Below, in pieces: positions 62,401 to 64,000 of a stretch of 64,000 bases of DNA. The stretch is from Callorhinchus milii. Lineage: Eukaryota. The stretch's first letter is position 1; each line of letters opens with the position of its first letter. The notes beneath the pieces were generated by a model. The model was not told where the DNA came from and did no database searches. It saw nothing but the letters and a program-made list of their open reading frames with translations. Location: the NCBI RefSeq assembly GCF_018977255.1, contig NW_024704743.1, forward strand, positions 97,032,001-97,096,000, given 5' to 3'. A program made the position numbers and the translations under genes.

Positions 62401-63563
62401 CTCACCTCTGTACTCTCTTCTAGTGCCCTTAAAGCCATTGTTTAGCGATAGCATAGCTCAGTGCAGAGTACTCTTTTTGATGCTCACCAACACAGAATGC
62501 ATCAATTTCATTGTTACTACACTTAATAAGAGAGAGATTCCATCTGCTTTTTTCTTACTTTCATGCATCAATCTTCTATTTTGTCAAAGAGTTTTGCCCC
62601 TTCGGGGATATGAGCTCTTTAAAGAACAAAATTATATTTAAAATTGAGGCTTAAAGTCAGATCTATGCATCACATTTGCAGCATGCTGTTGATGAAAACA
62701 TTTGATACAGACTTTGAAATGCCATTGTTGCAATTTTGCCGGCATCTCTGTCGACAAACCCCTGTACCATATATCAGACTGCATGTAGTTGCAGGCTGCA
62801 CAAAACTCTGTCTGTGGCAGTAACCAGTGCAAAGTACTTTTAATCCTACGTAAAATGAGAATGAAACAGGGTCCCATTGTTTTTTAATGGAATTTTATTC
62901 ATTTTGGTAGGATGAGGTTACTCTGTTACTGTCAGTCTACATTTAGATTGTCATCTTCATGTCACTTCCAGTTAACTAAGTATCATGAGGCATGCAAAGA
63001 TGCTTGAATGGGCATGGGGAATGGTTGAAGAGTTTTTTTTAAAAGAAAGATTAATTCTGTCTTTTTCAAGATTATCATTATTTCCTCAATTGTTTTAAAG
63101 CGTTTGAGCCTGAAGGGCAAATACAATTTGCAAATGAAACTCAGTTGAAACAGCTCATATGATTAAAATGATGCAACTGGATTAAAACAAGCCATTTCGG
63201 AATTCCCTTGGTTCACAGTCTTTACAGAACATATTCAAGTGAACATCTGAATGCCTTTTGCTAATCGGCTTATCTGCAGTTTAACCAGAGGCAGTGTTTT
63301 CAACTCACTCTAAATGGACAGTGGAATTATCTCTGCAGCCTTTCACTAAATGCAAAATGTGGATTTATTTCTCAGTGAGCTTGCTGCATTGGCCTGACTT
63401 ATAACTTGTTCAGAAAGTAAGGTTCAATCTTCTGTTTTCCATTATAAAAATTGCAGGTTGAGTAAATTTGGAATAACTTCCACATTGTGTGAATGTAGTT
63501 TTCTAGTCAACAAAACACAGCACTTGTGGGAAAAGCAAAACATCTCATTTGCGCTCACCAACT

Positions 63564-63828
63564 GCAAGCTATGCGGTTTTAGCTGGTTAAACTCCAGCAG
63601 TATCCCAACACACACTCTGGGGTCCCCAGGCCTTTGCTCTTGCCAACCTGTGCTTTATATTCTCCGGAATTAGGTAAGCAGTTTATGTCCCTTGGGGAGA
63701 GAGTGTTCTTTGCATTCCAAAATGGGAATTTCCATACGTTGGTGGGATGCATGGAATTCTTGGGTTGCTTTGGATATTCTTAAACACGTATGGGTTTCTG
63801 CCAGTGTCAGACACTCGCTGGACCAAAA
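63564..63828. repeat. Unclassified interspersed repeat, copy 3 of 3
   Basis: gcaagctatgcggttttagctggttaaactccagcagtatcccaa…gtgtcagacactcgctggaccaaaa. Confidence 0.8.
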
Positions 63829-64000
63829 GAAAAAGTACAACTATCTTGGCTCTTGTTATATCCTCTATGTGCTGTTCAAAAAGGAGCTGTACAAAAGATG
63901 TTAATAATCCAGATCAAAGAGTATAATGGTTACTCTCCAATAATCTCCTTCTCTAGCCCAGTTTAATGGTCCACTGACACTCATAGTCTAGGCCAGAACA

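Overview
AT-rich, repeat-dense vertebrate intronic DNA. The repeat complement (L2 and CR1 LINE fragments, a tRNA-headed SINE with a (TAT)n tail, Deu-domain SINEs) points to a cartilaginous fish, plausibly a chimaera such as elephant shark; this is inference, not a database result. The only host coding sequence I can support is one 112-nt internal exon of carboxypeptidase Q (CPQ/PGCP, M28 family) at 23440-23551 (+), with canonical splice signals and two zinc ligands. I did not find the neighbouring CPQ exons, so the rest appears to be two large introns (>23 kb and >40 kb). They are filled with 5'-truncated L2 copies of at least three lineages, decayed CR1s, two SINE families, several small TIR/palindromic elements, a possible L1/Tx1-like relic, an unclassified ~260-bp repeat present three times, and a few repeat-free blocks that look like conserved enhancers. 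Nearly all ORFs in the track are LINE/SINE remnants or chance ORFs. I see no intact novel gene system. The best leads are the unclassified repeat, the SINE/L2 tail partnership, nested insertions with tail-target microhomology, and inverted SINEs bracketing the CPQ exon. Repeat boundaries are by eye and approximate unless a junction is quoted.
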